From positions 1 to 45,328 of the forward strand of contig SKSS01000095.1 in the NCBI GenBank assembly GCA_007122875.1: a stretch of DNA of 45,328 nt. The letters are read 5' to 3'. This document shows positions 44,517 through 45,328 of this stretch, in pieces. This DNA is from Salinarchaeum sp. (lineage in GTDB: Archaea; Halobacteriota; Halobacteria; Halobacteriales; QS-1-68-20). Both the position numbers and the translations under genes were made by a program. Positions within the stretch are counted from its first letter, which is position 1, and the number at the start of each line of letters is the position of its first letter. The notes beneath the pieces are model-generated. The model did no database searches and was not told the DNA's origin. It saw nothing but the letters and a program-made list of their open reading frames with translations.

Positions 44517-45146
44517 AGTTAGTAGCATTGTGCCAACGAGCGGATTTTTACAATCAATCTCCGGCGGTTTCTGGTTCGACGTGACTGAAGCAATTCGAGA
44601 ACGACGAGGTTCGTCGGTTCAGCTCTCGAAAGATTCGTTCGACAGCGCTCCGATTTCCGTGGCGACATATCTGAAATCGGAGGCCAACTCGTTGCAATGC
44701 AGTTTGGAGGTGTTTCGCGCCGTCAACAAGAAAGACGGCAGTTTCGAAATCGTGTTTTTGTCGCAGTTCGCGGAGAAATATCTCGGTGATGAGGGTTGTC
44801 ATCGTCGAAAACAATCGGACGTGAAGCAGTTGATTCATAGCTGGATCAGCAGCAGCGTACAGCCAGAACTGCTGATCGTTAATCCGAATCACTGTCTCGT
44901 CAACGGCGGCCTGATTCGGAGACTGTTTTACCCGGATTCTTCGCCGCAACATCCAGCACCAGTTCAATATCCGAACCCATTTACACTTCTTGACTCCGGT
45001 GAATCGCTGGAAAGCGCCGACTTGATCCGTTACAACGAGGGAGTTGAAACGGGAAACAGCGGATGCTTCATGTTATCGAGAGTTCTGTAAAATCGTCCTG
45101 ATCTGTGTCGTCTACAACATCAAGCGTGCAATCATACAATAAAATC
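44512..45146 (-). mobile_element. decayed IS6-family insertion sequence (transposase pseudogene)
   Basis: Track ORF 44554..44967 encodes the DDE core (..AVDETVIRINDQQFWLYAAADP..VFLVDGA..RHGNRSAVERIFRELNRRTSSFSNCFSHVEPETA). The N-terminal HTH part (44968-45100) is broken by stops or frame changes, and the C-terminus is cut short. The ends form imperfect inverted repeats (ttttagttagtagcattgtgcc / gcgtgcaatcatacaataaaa). Boundaries approximate. Confidence 0.5.
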
Positions 45147-45183
45147 AACCGCAGTGGTGCGGTTCACCATGGCCAAGCGGTCT

Positions 45184-45188
45184 AAAAA
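45184..45188 (-). terminator. oligo-T tract (T5 on minus strand) 23 nt downstream of the tRNA 3' end
   Basis: The plus strand reads aaaaa at 45184-45188. Confidence 0.35.
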
Positions 45189-45211
45189 GAGGATTCGATA
45201 CCAAAGGTGTA

Positions 45212-45315
45212 TAGTCCCGGGCGGATTCGAACCGCCGTCAATGGCTGTCTTCCGCGACGAGCGGAACTCGGTCACGTCCAAAGGCCATCATGATTGGCCG
45301 CTACACCACGGGACT
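45212..45315 (-). tRNA. tRNA-Gln(UUG) with a 31-nt intron at the canonical 37/38 position
   Basis: Minus strand: acceptor AGTCCCG/CGGGACT plus discriminator A. Anticodon stem ATGGC/GCCAT with loop CTTTGG^A. T arm GGCGG-TTCGAAT-CCGCC. The intron (45247-45277) interrupts the anticodon loop. Mature length is 73 nt. Confidence 0.85.
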
Positions 45316-45328
45316 TCACCTCGTCTGA

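Noticed and set aside
44404-45090. 228-aa plus-strand ORF
   Set aside because: It is antisense to the IS6 transposase remnant, and only the minus strand gives recognisable DDE transposase sequence.

Overview
High-GC archaeal chromosome segment with haloarchaeal hallmarks: very acidic predicted proteins, twin-arginine lipoproteins with LAGC lipoboxes, a SAMP-type ubiquitin-like protein, TFS, NAC and an intron-containing tRNA. Bases 1-38115 are densely packed and mostly housekeeping or metabolic: glpK (partial), an NAD-kinase-like gene, M28 and S9 peptidases, moaB, an orphan 2-oxoacid dehydrogenase E1-alpha, NDH-2, an aldehyde:ferredoxin oxidoreductase next to two divergent beta-grasp genes, heme O synthase, an ABC-2 exporter, a ZnuABC-type metal-uptake operon preceded by a triple-repeat histidine-triad (HxxHxH) lipoprotein, the methylmalonyl-CoA mutase B12 subunit with MeaB, thiolase with DUF35, TFS, a split MgtE-like transporter, TrmI, NAC and an MFS transporter. 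Bases ~38116-45211 are a patchy accessory region with AT-rich stretches that abuts the 3' end of tRNA-Gln(UUG). It holds a thiol/sulfur-trafficking cluster (Cys-rich wHTH regulator, OsmC, DsrE-like, CGIC thioredoxin, TusA-like, DrsE_2-like) in which several genes carry 1-nt frameshifts or are truncated. After that come a compact three-gene module (gp19-like tail-tube protein plus two exported mini tail-fibre proteins with S74 self-cleaving chaperone domains) and a decayed IS6-family element. The two most noteworthy items are the orphan tube/fibre module and the HxxHxH domain of the zinc locus. Many long ORFs in the track are antisense or alternate-frame artefacts of high GC and were not called. 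All family assignments come from motif recognition by eye; no database search was run.
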